DNA of 64,000 nt from the human T2T-CHM13v2.0 reference genome, Homo sapiens (GCF_009914755.1 NC_060939.1); one strand, 5' to 3'. Counted from the stretch's first letter, positions 43,761-57,529 are shown. Program-made: numbers and translations. The notes: generated by a model from the sequence alone, not told the origin.

Positions 43761-44259
43761 GTACTTCTGTTAAGAATTTTACATAAACCATAAGATACAT
43801 TTTATATTACTTTATAAGCTTTCTTCCTGTCTTGACTTAATTCTTTTTTGAGATAGTTTCATTTTCATTTGGTTTGTTTTCTTCTTGTTACAAAAGTGAT
43901 CTATAGAAAATATGGAATTATAAGAAAATTAAAGATACTAATTGATAATCACTTAATGATTTCGTATCTGTTTTTAGTCTGTTATATTTGCTGTAGATAA
44001 ACATTATAAGTTTACAGTTGTAAACAAAAACTTATTTGTAAACAGATGTTTACAGTTGTAAACTTATTATTAGTATGTATAGTGTAGTAAATTAAAAATT
44101 ATATGTACTTTGAAGTTTTAAAAAATTGAGTTCATGTTATAGAACTAATTCCTGGTAAGCTTTTATGTGCTAGGCTCTAGTCTTTTCATTTATTTTTACT
44201 TTTTTTTTTCTCTGTGCCTATGCTTACCAAGTTTTTTTTTTTTAAATCTTTTTATTAAC

Positions 44260-44405
44260 TCAATCCTCTTAATAACTTAAAAAGTAGGTGCTATTATTAT
44301 CTGCATTTTGTAGATGAGGTAACTGAAGCATACAGAAGTTAGTTAGATAACTTGTCTGAGGTGACAAGTGGCAGAACAAGGATTGGAACTAGACAGTCTG
44401 GCTGC
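44260..44405 (-). mobile_element. MIR SINE
   Basis: attattatctgcattttgtagatgaggtaactgaagca core. Confidence 0.6.
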
Positions 44406-45199
44406 CCTAGGCCCAACCAAGAGGAGCTGAGAGCAAGCCATGGGACATAAGGATGTTGTTCAGGCTGGTTTTCTTTTCAGTTAACCTGAAGCATAGGCTG
44501 TAATGTTAATTTTAGGACATTAGTGAGACAGCCTTCCAAAGCCGGAGGTTTGTTACCATGACTTTTAGCAAGAATTTGTGGTTTAAAGGCAAGATGGTGC
44601 TTTATGAAGCTTCCATTCACTATGGAGGGAATGGTAGTTGAGTTAAATAGTGAAATCCTGGAGCACACAGTCTTTAGGGCAGCTTCTGACCTATTTCTAT
44701 GATCAGGAAAGGCATCTGTCTTTCCCTGCTGCCCATAACCTCCACTTATTCTCCCACAGAATCCCCTAGACTGTGATCACATTCAGAAGAGAGATCTGTT
44801 TTGTTTTTTCCAGGGTAGGAGGAAGTGAGTCACTACCTATACTAAGCAGTCTAGTCTTCTGTGTATAAATGAGCAAGGGTGGGGAGCCAGATCTCTTGGA
44901 GAATCTCAGGATTGTGCAAGATGGTAAAGTGGTCTCATGTTAGTTGTATCCACAGCTGTCATCAGAAGCAGACACAGATACTTTTTGTAGGAAAGCATCT
45001 CTAATTTAAGCCTGTAGGATTCCCAAAGATTAAAAGAATTCACTCAAATCATAGCATTCAAATAGTCAACCCAACATATTTGAGAATTGTCAGAAATAAT
45101 AAATAATAGATATGTTTCCCAAGGACAGTAGGTTTTGGAATTATTAGATACAGAACACAGACTTCAGATATTAGAATTGTGAGAAAATAGTTATATGTG

Positions 45200-47030
45200 A
45201 AATCTAATATAAAGAAAAAAAGATGGAATCATAAAATTGAGCAAGCAGCAAGACCACCAGGAATGATGAAGAAGACCTGAAAAGAAAATGGATGAAATAG
45301 AACTTACAGAAATTAAAAAATGTAGATGGGTATGGTGGCTCACGCCTGTAATCTCAACACTTTGGGAGGCCGAGGCAGGAGGATGGCTTGAGCCCAGGAG
45401 TTGGAGACCAGCCTGGGGAACATGGTGAGAACTCGTCTACACAAAAAATACGCCCCCCACCCTAAAAAAACAATTAGCTGGGTATGGGGTACCTGTCTAT
45501 AGTCTCAGCTACTCAGGAGGCTGAGATGGGAAGATCACTTGAGCCCAGGAGACCGAGGCTGCACTGAGGCATGTTTGCGCACTCCAGCCTTGGTGACAGT
45601 GAGACTCTGTCTCAAAATAAAAAATGTAATTGTTGAAATAAGAAACTCAGTAGATTAGACACCAGAAGAGAATTAATTGATTAGATGATTATCTCAAAAA
45701 AATAAGTTAGAATGTTACACAGAGAGACATGAGGATAGATGATAGGGCAGAAGTTGGTGGGGTTGGTGGGGAGAGATCAGAATGAGGTCTAAAATATGTC
45801 TTAGTGGAATCCCAGGAGGAGATATTAGAATTACACTAGAAAGTGAGAGAAATAGAAGTTGTAAAGGTGATAGAAGCAAGTCTATATAAATCAGTCACAA
45901 CAAATGTAAATGGACTAAAGTTACCAGTTAGATTGAATTAATAAAATCCAGCTGTTTTAATCTATATATTTAAAATATGAAGGTACAAAAAGGTTGAAAG
46001 TTTTTATAAAGGAGAGTGATAAAGATATGCCAGTATACATTAACTAGAAACAAATGATGCAGCTTTAGTATCAAACAAAATAGGATTCTGGAACAGAAAG
46101 CATTAGTAACAATTTGATAATAAGTGTTAATTAGGAGGATATAGCAATTTTTGTATTTTATGTACCTATCAGAATAGCCTCAAAATACCCAGGAAAAACT
46201 GATAAAACCACAGGGAGAAGTTGACAAGTCCACCATCACAGTTGGAGATTTCAACATACCCTGCGTACTACTAGTAAGATAAACAGAATGCCCATATGTA
46301 GATTTGAACAACCAGTGAACAGGCATGGTATAATAGACAAATATAGACCTCTGTACCCAATAATTAGATATAGATCGTTCTCAAGCATATATGGACTATG
46401 GGAGAAAAATTAATTATAGATCCATAAAATCAGACGATTTAAAAACAGTTGGTACCATACATACCATATAATTTAAATATGAAGCAATTAAGGTTAGAAG
46501 GCAATAATGAAGAGATTAACAAAAAGCTATGTGAATTTGGAAATTAAACACACTTGTAAATCATAGTTTTAAAAAGTAAAATGAAATTTTAAAATGCTTA
46601 GAATTGAACCATAATTAAAATTACTAAAATTCTATCTATTCCTTTCTCCCCTCCTCTCCCTCCCTCTTCCTGTCTGGAACATTCAAGAAGCTAATCTTTT
46701 TCAATGAACAACACTTCAAATACTGAAAAACAGAAAAGGACAGTGTCATACTCTGATCTTAGTTAAATCTATAAGTTAATAATAAAACCAGAAAACAGAT
46801 ACTTCTTTCTGGAATTGTATAACTCATGCAAACAGCCTTTAGGTCAAACAGGGATTTGAAATTAAAACTGCAGAATATCTAGAGAATAGCAATAATGCAA
46901 TCATTACTTATCAGAGACTAAAGGAGAGCTCAGAGGAATGTTCATTGCCAAATCCTTGTGCCATTAAGAAAAGAATGAAAATGAATCAAGCCTCTGATTG
47001 TTAGAAAGGACAATAAAAAAAACCTGAAGG
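45200..47030 (+). mobile_element. Degraded ancient L1M (ORF1/ORF2 endonuclease region) with inserted Alu
   Basis: A-rich; aaatgtaaatggactaaa and gttggagatttcaacatacc match L1 ORF2 EN motifs. Confidence 0.55.
45325..45623 (+). mobile_element. AluJ
   Basis: Dimeric Alu. Confidence 0.87.
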
Positions 47031-47031
47031 A

Positions 47032-47330
<299 letters not shown>

Positions 47331-47670
47331 TAAAAGAACCTGAAGGAAAGCAGAATGGGGAAATTATTAAAGATATACAAGCAGAAATCAGTGAGTTAGA
47401 AGAATAGGAAGGGCTAGACCCCCAGTACAGTAAAGTCTCTGCAGAAACATTTGTTTAAACTGGGCTTTTGAGTACCTTGCTACTGATAATTGAGACTGGG
47501 GAAGGCCAACATTCTTATTTTCTCCTTGTATTCTGGGTGGTGGGCAGTAGGGTTGGAAAGTGACTGCTTCACAGTCATTTGGGAGTTTCAGGGTATGTAT
47601 AGTTTTTACGTCCAGTTTGTTTCTTTTATTTTTGTCCTTTTTGTGAAAGTACTAAAACAAAAACTTTTTT

Positions 47671-48230
<560 letters not shown>

Positions 48231-49740
48231 CTTTACTATTTTAAAGAGCTCTTAGATGTTGAAAAAGACTACCCTGTAGAAAAATAGGAAAAGTCCTTAC
48301 ATAAATTTAACATGTTAAAAAAAAATAGGAAAAGGGGGTATAAAAAGTCTGTTTACAGAAATAGAAATAAATGGCTCATGAACATAATGGAGACATGCTC
48401 AGTCTCACTCAATAGAAATACAAATCAAAACTATACTGGGAGTCCATCTAGTATATTGTCAGAAATCTACAAATGTTTGAAGTACTGCATTGGTGAGGCT
48501 GCATCGAGGCACTCTTACAGATGGCTGGTGGGCAGACACATTTGTGCAGTTATGTAGAGGGCAATTTAGCAATATCTCAGAATTACACATATATATCTTT
48601 TGACACAGCAGCTCTACTCTAGGACATTTTTACCAGTACTCAGCAGATATACGTACAAGGTTGCTCTTGGCAACATTATAACAGCAAAATATTGAGAAAC
48701 CCTGATGTCCACCAATAGGGGACTGATTAAATATTTGAATATCCATATAATAGAAATATTTCAGTGTTTAAAACAGGTATGTTCTATACTGATAAGGAAC
48801 ATTCTCCAAGATATGCTAGACAAGAAAAGGGGCAGACCAGTGTCTGTAGCATGCAACTGTTAGTGAAGGAAAGCCAGGGACAGTGGCTAATAACAGTGGG
48901 CTGTACATGAATAATCTTAAAGAGGGACATACAAGAAATTAGTAATAGTGGTTAACTTGTGTGGAGGAAGGGGGATGAACGGGAGGAAACTGGGTGTTCA
49001 GGGCACCAAGTAGGAGGGAGAGTTTTCACTTAGGATGTAGACATTTTTGAGTCTTGTGCTGTGTGAATTTATTATGCAAAAATTTCTGCCACATAATATA
49101 GTGGATAGATGGGTACCACTATGGAGAGTGCTCCTGGTATATTAATTCGAAGCGAAGATATAGGTTGGTTGTACTTATGGTGACAAAATTAATCCTAGAT
49201 TTGGCTCCTTAAAAAGATTGTATATTTTTATCAAAAGAGGGCTCCTTTAGTAAGCATGGTGACAATTATGGGCATTCTTTAGATTTCTAACTTAAAATGT
49301 CATTCATATGTATAGTTGTGGAAGCTTAATATTTTCTTATCTGAAAGTAATATTTTGTAGTTTTTTTAAAAATAGAAATTGTGTGAAGACAGTTTGAGTT
49401 TTATTAACATCCAGATATAATCCTTTAACTTGATTCAGCAATATGGAGACGGACTCTAGAACCAGAAAGCTTTGTACTTGTCCAATGGTAGGAAGACTTA
49501 TAAAAATGAACTTTGAGGCTTGTTGAGTTTTATTGGGGTACAATTTTGGTTTTGTTATTTTTATAAAATTGTAGAGAATAATGAAACTGAGAAATGAGGC
49601 TATTAAGTTAAAATTGTTTTTGAAATGGAGATAGTCAGTTTCCCATGTTCTTTTAAGCACAGTGTGATGCATTCATAAATTTATTGTAATAATTTTCACC
49701 TAATTACACTTTTGATTTAAAATGTGTAATTCTCTTTCAG

Positions 49741-49807
49741 AATCAATATAATCTAGCAAGAGCCCAACAATCCTATAATTCCATTGTACAGATACATGAG
49801 AAAAATG
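49741..49807 (+). CDS. UBE2Q2: UBE2Q2 coding exon 12 ([22 protein letters not shown]-g)
   Basis: ctttcag| ... |gtatgt, 67 nt, phase 0-1. Confidence 0.96.
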
Positions 49808-49907
49808 GTATGTTTAATTCAATAAGTGTTTATTGCCATTTAAGAAGTTTTAGATAATGTATTAATACTTACCATTTTATTTTTCTGTTTTTGCTTTAGT
49901 TTCTTAA

Positions 49908-50258
<351 letters not shown>

Positions 50259-50427
50259 CACAAAACCTTAACATTGTACTTCAGTCAAAATTTTTGTATC
50301 CTATACACTTGGCCTAGGTATCTCAGAGTCAGAATCAAGATTTCTTTTTTTTTTTTTTTAGTAGATTAATGAATGACTCACTTTACTTACTTGAAATATT
50401 AGGAACTGAGTTAAAGGCAACTCCTTA

Positions 50428-50580
50428 CAGATGGAGTTCTTGTTGTTATAACTGGAGTGCAGTGGTTGTTTACAGGCGTGATCATAGTGGACTGCAGCCT
50501 CAAGCTCCTGGGCTGATGTGATCCTCCTGCCTCAGTCTCCCCAGTAGCTTGGACTGTAGGCACAAGCCACCATGCCTGTA
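50428..50580 (-). mobile_element. FAM/FRAM monomer
   Basis: ctggagtgcagtggttgtttacaggcgtgatcatag. Confidence 0.7.
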
Positions 50581-51723
50581 AAGTATTCTTTACTTTGCTA
50601 GAAATGTGTCAGTTTGTGACTTAAGATTTGTGTTTTGTGCTCATTTATTTTAATGACAAAGCAAACTTGTCACTCTTTCAGTGATTGCTTACTTATGGAA
50701 ATAGTATTCAAAACAAAATTTTCAAGCAGAAGAGAGAAACGATAAAATTTGAGGACAAGGCCAGGTTTTCATAATAATAATTTCTAGCACACAAAATTAG
50801 ATCCAAAGAAACCTGTGTACTACTTTGATACTTTATAGATCTTGGCATATTCATACTATTCTAAAGTTTCATACTAAACAGTACTTAGTCTAATTTGCCT
50901 TTTTATAGAGAGCTTAGGTTTTTGCGGAACCTGGGACACAGATTTCTTCTTATCTTTGTTTTTATTTCTTAACCATTACAACTGGCATTCAAAAAATATT
51001 TATAGAAAATGCTGTATTTGAGAGTGTGTGGGTATGTGTAAGCTTAGCTGTGATGAAAGAGTAATAGAGTCAGAAGCAGGGGAGATGACTTCTAGGGTTT
51101 TGTTTTTTTTTAAATCTTAAAATTTTTTTGTTATTTTAAAAAAATAGATATTATACTTACTGTGTACAAAGTTTTGAAGTATACATAACTGTGGAATGAC
51201 TAAATCTAGCTAATTAACCTAGGCATCACCTTACATAGTTATCATTTTTATGGTGAGACACTTTACATCCACTCTTAACATTTTTCAAGAATATAGTATA
51301 TTGTTAACTATAGTCACCATGTTGTACAATAGCTCAAGATGGATTCTAGTTTGGCCTGCTACTAACTCTGATTTTAGGCATAGTCATTTAGTCATTGCAC
51401 CTGCTGCGATGGCTTCCTTGTCATTGTGAAATGACGTTATGGCTCCGATAACAGTCCAAGTTCCTTGTATTCTAAATCGCCAGGATTTTGTTTGGGGAAA
51501 TAAGTACTTTCCATGAGGCTTACTTTCAAGTATAGAACTGAAGTGGAATAAAACTTATTCTTTTAGTCTAATATTCCACAGTCATCTTTAGCTAGAGATG
51601 CCATTAATACAGAGCTCTTGTGTTGAAAACTCAGGTACAATTTATTCATAGAAAATAACTTTCTGTTGTGAAATAGCAAAATGCAGTGTTCCCAATCCAA
51701 GTGTAAGTTTAATTTTTAGAGTA

Positions 51724-52027
51724 GACTGGGTGCAGTGGCTCACACCTGTAATCCCAGCGCTTTGGGGAGGTGGAGGTGGGTGGATCACCTGAGGTCATTA
51801 GTTGGAGACCAGCCTGACCAACATGGTGAAACCCTGTCTCTACTAAATACCAAAAAAAAAAAAAAAAAAAAAATTAGTGGGGCATAGTGGCGCATGCCTA
51901 TAATCCCAGCTACTTGGGAGGCTGAGGCAGGAGAATTGCTTGATCTGGGAGGTGGAGGTTGCAGTGAGCTGAGTTTGCGCCATTGCACTCCAGCCTAGGT
52001 AACAGAGTGAAACTCTGTCTCAAAAAA
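51724..52027 (+). mobile_element. AluS followed by (TA)n
   Basis: Dimeric Alu. Confidence 0.9.
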
Positions 52028-52173
52028 TATATATATAATATATATATATATTTTTTACGGTAGATTTTAAACACCAAAATTATGAAAAGAGACTGTAGCT
52101 AACCTTATTACATGCCAGTTCTTCTAATTTATTTAAGAATTATTTTAACTTTTTTTTTTTCATTCTATTTCAG

Positions 52174-52205
52174 GCTGGTACACCCCTCCAAAGGAAGATG
52201 GCTAA
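52174..52205 (+). CDS. UBE2Q2: UBE2Q2 last coding exon 13 (G-WYTPPKEDG*), stop TAA 52203-52205
   Basis: poly-T tract + tttcag acceptor; C-terminus GWYTPPKEDG typical of UBE2Q family. Confidence 0.96.
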
Positions 52206-53800
52206 ATATGTTGACTGTTGTATGTTTGGACTAATGTTGCTTTAAAGAAAATCTTTCCAACATGCAGACAAAAGCTTTGAGTGCCCCTATTACAGCAGTA
52301 CCGAAGATGTTAGTTAATAGATATTTTAGTGGATAATCTGTCATCTGACATCCAGTATAAGTTACAGCCTTCGCATTTTGCTCATTTTAGATATCTTGGA
52401 CTGAGCAGTGGGGCCTTTACTGTATTTTTCCTGATAAATACACATACTGGCCACTCCTTATCTCTTTTTCTTGAAAAGTGAACTTTTTAAAGCAGCCAAG
52501 TCAACATCAGGCTACTGAAGTTGAGGCTTTAGGGTAACTTTCCTATATTGAGCCCATGGGTTACAAGGATTTGCAATATATTGTTCCATTTACAGCCAAT
52601 ACAGGTTTAATCGATGTTCAATATTGGTTTAGGAAATTTAAGGCCTTCTAAATCATAATAGCTCTTTCATGTCTAAAACCATTTTATGATATTGCCAAAA
52701 TGTGATAGGAAACCTACTCATTAAATTGTTAAACTTTTTAATGACTATGTGAAGATATGAATTGTTTCCTGAAGATAATACTCTTAATTGAGTTGTATTG
52801 TACTTCTTAGGCAAAGCAGTGTAAAACTGTATCAATTAAGGCTTGTGAGTAGTGATTTCCACTGGGGCATCAGAGTCTTGGCTGGGCTGAATCTGCTGCT
52901 TGTTGGTTCAGTGTTTCTTATGAACAAGAGCCACAGTACAGAGCTTCAAGTTATTTAAAATACTAAGTCATCTTACGTTTCCATTTTATTAACGGGATGT
53001 TGCAATCGTTTGTAAACTAATAAACTTATAAAGTGATTGGCACAAAGACTCCTTGAGCAAAAGCTGTGCAGTTAAGTACAAAAAGATACTTAATTTGGAG
53101 ACTCTTACAGTAATTTTTGCCATGTCAAAACAATGGCTTTTACATTGAAAGATTAATAGAAACTCTACATATGTTAATTTTTTTATAGAACCTGACTCAA
53201 ATCAAGGTACTCTCCATTTTATTGCCTTACCTGAATCAGTCCTTTTTGGTTGGTAATAGATTTTTTTATACACCCACGTTTGATTTAAAAGTAAATTCTA
53301 GTTCTTAAGCACTTTTAACAAGAAATCCAGAAGCACATTTTTCTGCACAAACAAGTTACAAAGTTCAAAAGTGTTTCTTGTGCATTAGCTTTGAGATTCA
53401 GTTTTTAACTTTGTAAACCACATCTGAGAGACTTGTCATTTCTACATTGTGTGTGTTTAATTTCTTTTGATTCCATTTTGGTTAAGAGAGCAGTAAATAG
53501 ATTTTCTGGTATTCTTGTTCACTTGATTACATTTGTATAAAGTTCTGATTGCCAGTTGCTCAGATAACAAGTGACAAGGCAGAATTCTTTAAATCAGTAA
53601 AGTTCCTTAAGCCTAAGGCTAAATCTTGAATACATTGTTGAATTCTTTAATATCCTGATGGCAAGCAGACTGATAGCTGCACATTTGGCATGCTTTGTTT
53701 AATGGATTTTATTTTTAATTGCAGATTTATTTGGCAATGTACAGTAAATTTTGTAAACTTGCATCAAGTTTATGAATAAAGAACCATTTAAAAATTTTGT
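52206..53800 (+). other. UBE2Q2: UBE2Q2 3' UTR (~1.6 kb, AU-rich, no recognisable repeats)
   Basis: Follows stop codon, ends near AATAAA 53775. Confidence 0.85.
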
Positions 53801-53810
53801 TTGTGCTGAT
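53738..53810 (+). terminator. Distal polyadenylation signal of UBE2Q2
   Basis: AATAAA 53775-53780, upstream TGTA motifs (53738, 53752), downstream T/GT-rich ttttgtttgtgctg. Confidence 0.8.
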
Positions 53811-54467
53811 CATGGCAAGCAAAAAAAAGATTACTTTCTCATTTTTCCCTCATAAGAAAACTCTGCTTGATGTGTTTGTAGGCTTTATTGAGTTTCTGGA
53901 ATAAGATATTTAAGGAGGGAAGTGGTGAGGGGAGGCTTGGAAGACAGGCAGATTTAACAAGAGAAAGTGAAAGTGTGAAAGAACCTGGAAATAGTCTGTA
54001 CAATAGTCACCTTTTCCTCCGCCTTTTTCCTCTTCCATTCTCATTATAAATTCAAGTGCTACTTTTTCCTTATGGCTATCCTTAGTTCCCCCAGTGAAAA
54101 TAATCTGCTCCTTCCTTAGCATACCCATGGCCTCCTTGCACACAATTGACAGATTATTTCACATACAAGAAGTCCAGAGGTAGGACAACTCCAGGTACTG
54201 TACATCTGGGCTTTGCTCTGCTTCCTTGAGATTTTTCTATGTTGGTTTCATCTTTTGGTTGCATGTTATGTGCAGCCCCCTTACTTGATCCAGAGGTAGA
54301 TAAATGCCCCTGTCTTCTAGTGTCTCCTTAGGAGGTGAGGAAATCTCTAAAAGCACCATCCCATCAAGCACACTGCCTCTTGCCTTTCCTTGGCTACATC
54401 AGGGACCTGTGCCCACCCCTAAACCAATGGTGGTGAAAAGAATGAAACCATCGTGATTAGTTTGCAC

Positions 54468-55552
54468 AAATGGTTCTCAAAGCCTTATTTGGGGAACACT
54501 GGAGACCCCTGAGACCATTTCAAGAGGTTTTAAAAGACTATTTTCATAATATTAAAACATTTGCCATTTTCACTCATTCTTCCATGTGTACAATGGAATT
54601 TTCCAGAGGCTACATGATGTGATTTTGCAACAGATTGAATTCAGAAGCAAATATGAGAATCTATTTGTCTTCTATTAAGACAAATATTTCCAAAAATGTA
54701 GTGATGCTGTCACTGGTAAACTGTCCTCTTTCCCTACTTTATATCAGCCACAAAGAAAGAACGCCCACTTTGAAAGGCAGTCAGGTTTCATTCAGTAGCC
54801 AGAGAATGGAGAAGGGGAGCTCATACTCTAAAGGCACCTTCTCCCAGAGGGATGGGAGGCTGGGGAGTTTAAAGAGTTAGCTGAGGGGCAGGGGAGGTAT
54901 GAACGGCATGCACAGACTGGAGTTCCAGACAAGCAGGCATAGTCCCTGAACATGCTGCTTCATACATCCATGTTCGTAAGATGCCAGTGAGCTTTCTTTA
55001 GGGAGAGGATTTTAGCATTATGTTAATTATCTAAAGGTAACTGGAGGGCGCCTGTTTATCTTCCTCTGGTATTCCGCAAGGGGTCAGGAAGCTCTGGTGA
55101 CATCTGGGCCATCTGGCTTCCTTAAGCAGCTGCGCCTATAAATAGACTATGGAAAAAAACTGGCTGGGCTTGGTGGCTCATACCTGTAATCTCAACGCTT
55201 TGGGAGGCGGAGGCAGAGGGATGTCTTGAGGCCAGGAGTTTGAGACCAGCCTGGGCAACATAGACCCTGGGTCTACCAAAAAAAAGAAAAAAACCACAGC
55301 TACTCAGGAGGCTTATGCCACTGACAATGTCATACTATCCACCAGTGGGGGAAGGAGGATTTGGGAAATAATTGTTTTCCATAAAAATATTTCGTTAATG
55401 TATAACATCGGTTTTTTAAAAAGAGTTAAGCATTAAGATGTTCTGATTTAATTTTTAATATGGTAAATATTGATAGTCATAACACACATAAACTATTGGT
55501 CGTGTCAATATTTTAGGGTGTAAAGGGTCCTGAGGCCATAATGAGAACTGCT
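54468..55552. mobile_element. Second Charlie1-like relic in opposite orientation, interrupted by an LTR-like segment and an Alu fragment
   Basis: Ends tggttctcaaag ... tgagaactgc; 55440-55550 resembles the reverse complement of 3504-3630. Confidence 0.55.
55164..55313 (+). mobile_element. Alu left monomer/fragment
   Basis: ggctgggcttggtggctcatacctgtaatc. Confidence 0.8.
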
Positions 55553-55673
55553 AATTTAGACCAAGTTTCTGCCCAAGATCTGGCGATCAAATCAGGGCTC
55601 CCTTAGGAAGGAATTGGCGGGAGGAATGGATGTTAGGTGGGGACAAACCTGTGTCTGCTGTGCTTCCATTTCT

Positions 55674-55835
55674 TGGTGGTTCTCAGTTTGAGCATGCATC
55701 AGAATCGTCATAAAGTGTGTTAAAACAGATTGCTGGGCCTCACCCCCAGTGTCTGATTCAGGAGGTCTGGGATAAGGACCGGGAATGTGCTAAAACTTAG
55801 TAGTTTCCAGGTGAATCTGATGTCCCTGGCGGGGA
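55674..55835. mobile_element. MER5A-like relic
   Basis: gtggttctcagtttgagcatgcatcagaatc...ctgattcaggaggtctggg. Confidence 0.65.
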
Positions 55836-56216
55836 ACTGGTGCACAGCTTGGGGCGTGCTTCACAGCAATCATCTCACTCAGCTACCTTAGAATGGCAGG
55901 TGCTATTTATGCCATTTTACTCATTCGAAACTTTAAACCTGAAGATTACAACGAGTTAACTAAGTTTACAAGGAATAAAGGCAGTGATTTTCACACACTA
56001 AGAATTTTTTAAAAGCAAACGTCCGTTTATAAATCGAGCTTATGCTATTTAAACAGGCATTGGGACTACGAAGAGCAATAAGTACTACCTAGTCCCTGCA
56101 AGGAATTTGTGAATTAGAGAAAGATGTAAACTCAGAAATATGGCGGTGCCAGGGCAGTGAGAGGCACAGGCACAGAAGAAGAATTTATTTTCACTGCAGG
56201 AGGCCTCCTAGAAAGT

Positions 56217-56490
56217 TGCCAGGAGCGGTGGCTTATGTCTGTAATTCCAGCACCTTGGGAGGCCCAGGCGGGAGTATCGCTTGAGCCCTGGAGTTTCAGA
56301 CCAGCCTGGAAACCCGTCTCTACAAAAAATACAAAAATTAGCTGGGCGTGGTGGCGGGAGCTTGTGGTTAAAGCTACGAGGGAGGCTGAGGCGGGAGGAT
56401 CGCTTGAGCCTGGGAGGTAGAAGCTGCAGTGAGCAGAGGCCGCGCCACTCCACTCCCGCCTGGCCACAGCATTAGACCCAATCTCAAAAA
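56217..56490 (+). mobile_element. AluJ at edge of FBXO22 promoter
   Basis: Diverged dimeric Alu retaining CpGs. Confidence 0.85.
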
Positions 56491-56706
56491 TGAAGAAAAC
56501 AGTTCCGAGCGTATTACGGAACGGAGTACACCTCGGAGTACGGGCTCCAGACGAGGGAACGCACCGGCGTTGCCACGCCCACCTTCCCCGTCCAGCCGGA
56601 AGTGGCGCGGACGCCTGCTCAGTGCGCGCCGGCCGGGCAACCCTATGCTGGCGTAATCGGGTTCCTCCGAGCCGCCGTAGGACTGGTTCCGGCGGGCTGG
56701 TGAGGA

Positions 56707-56846
56707 ATGGAGCCGGTAGGCTGCTGCGGCGAGTGCCGCGGCTCCTCCGTAGACCCGCGGAGCACCTTCGTGTTGAGTAACCTGGCGGAGGTGGTGGAGC
56801 GTGTGCTCACCTTCCTGCCCGCCAAGGCGTTGCTGCGGGTGGCCTG
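56707..56846 (+). CDS. FBXO22: FBXO22 coding exon 1 ([47 protein letters not shown]), F-box start
   Basis: ATG in good context (ggaATGg), |gtgagg donor, F-box-like pattern. Confidence 0.95.
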
Positions 56847-56870
56847 GTGAGGAGAGGAGGCGGAGGCGGG

Positions 56871-56903
56871 AAGCTTGCCTGGGGACACGCCGTGGGCATG
56901 TCC
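56871..56903. promoter_or_regulatory. Candidate p53 response element (three half-sites) in FBXO22 intron 1
   Basis: AAGCTTGCCT 56871-80 and GGGCATGTCC 56894-903 are perfect RRRCWWGYYY; GGACACGCCG 56883-92 has 2 mismatches. Confidence 0.65.
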
Positions 56904-57233
56904 CAGGCTGGCGGGGTGGGGGGAGAGACCCTTGGGACCCACCAGGGCCGTCCCCGGCTCGCTCGCCCTACCTGAGGTGACCCCCTACCCGCGAGGTATC
57001 TCCCAGCCGTGGTGCCCCGGGGGGACTTCCCTGAGGGGCGAAGTTCCCCTTAAGGTTTTCTCCATATCTGGCTCTCCTTCCGAACTAGCGCCCTGACTGA
57101 CACCTACCTATCCCGGGGACTTTGGATCCCGCAGGGATCTCCTGCTGCTGCGCCAGCGGGTGGGGGTTTGTGAGCTGTGGGAGAGACGAAAATGAACGTC
57201 CGTTCGCAATCCTTTGTGCGTTTGCGTCCTCAG

Positions 57234-57372
57234 CGTGTGCCGCTTATGGAGGGAGTGTGTGCGCAGAGTATTGCGGACCCATCGGAGCGTAACCTGGATC
57301 TCCGCAGGCCTGGCGGAGGCCGGCCACCTGGAGGGGCATTGCTTGGTTCGCGTGGTAGCAGAGGAGCTTGAG
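57234..57372 (+). CDS. FBXO22: FBXO22 coding exon 2 ([46 protein letters not shown]), GC donor
   Basis: cctcag| acceptor; F-box VCRLW motif in ORF 57214..57429; ends GAG|gcaagt. Confidence 0.92.
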
Positions 57373-57529
57373 GCAAGTAGCAAGGGGTGTCATGCACAGT
57401 CATTTGCAGGTTGGTGGTTCAGTCTTTGAGAACTATTTTTTTTTAAATCCCAGTTTTGTTAATTAAAGGAACATCTTCTCGTTCCGTGAAAAGATTTTGT
57501 AAACATCAGTTTTAGTGACTACACGGTAA

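Larger units (their letters stand above)
56430..57380. promoter_or_regulatory. FBXO22: CpG island / FBXO22 promoter with SP/KLF (GCCACGCCC 56572-56580) and ETS/GABPA (CCGGAAGTG 56596-56604) motifs
   Basis: Abrupt rise in GC and CpG density; no TATA box seen; motifs read directly. Confidence 0.88.
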
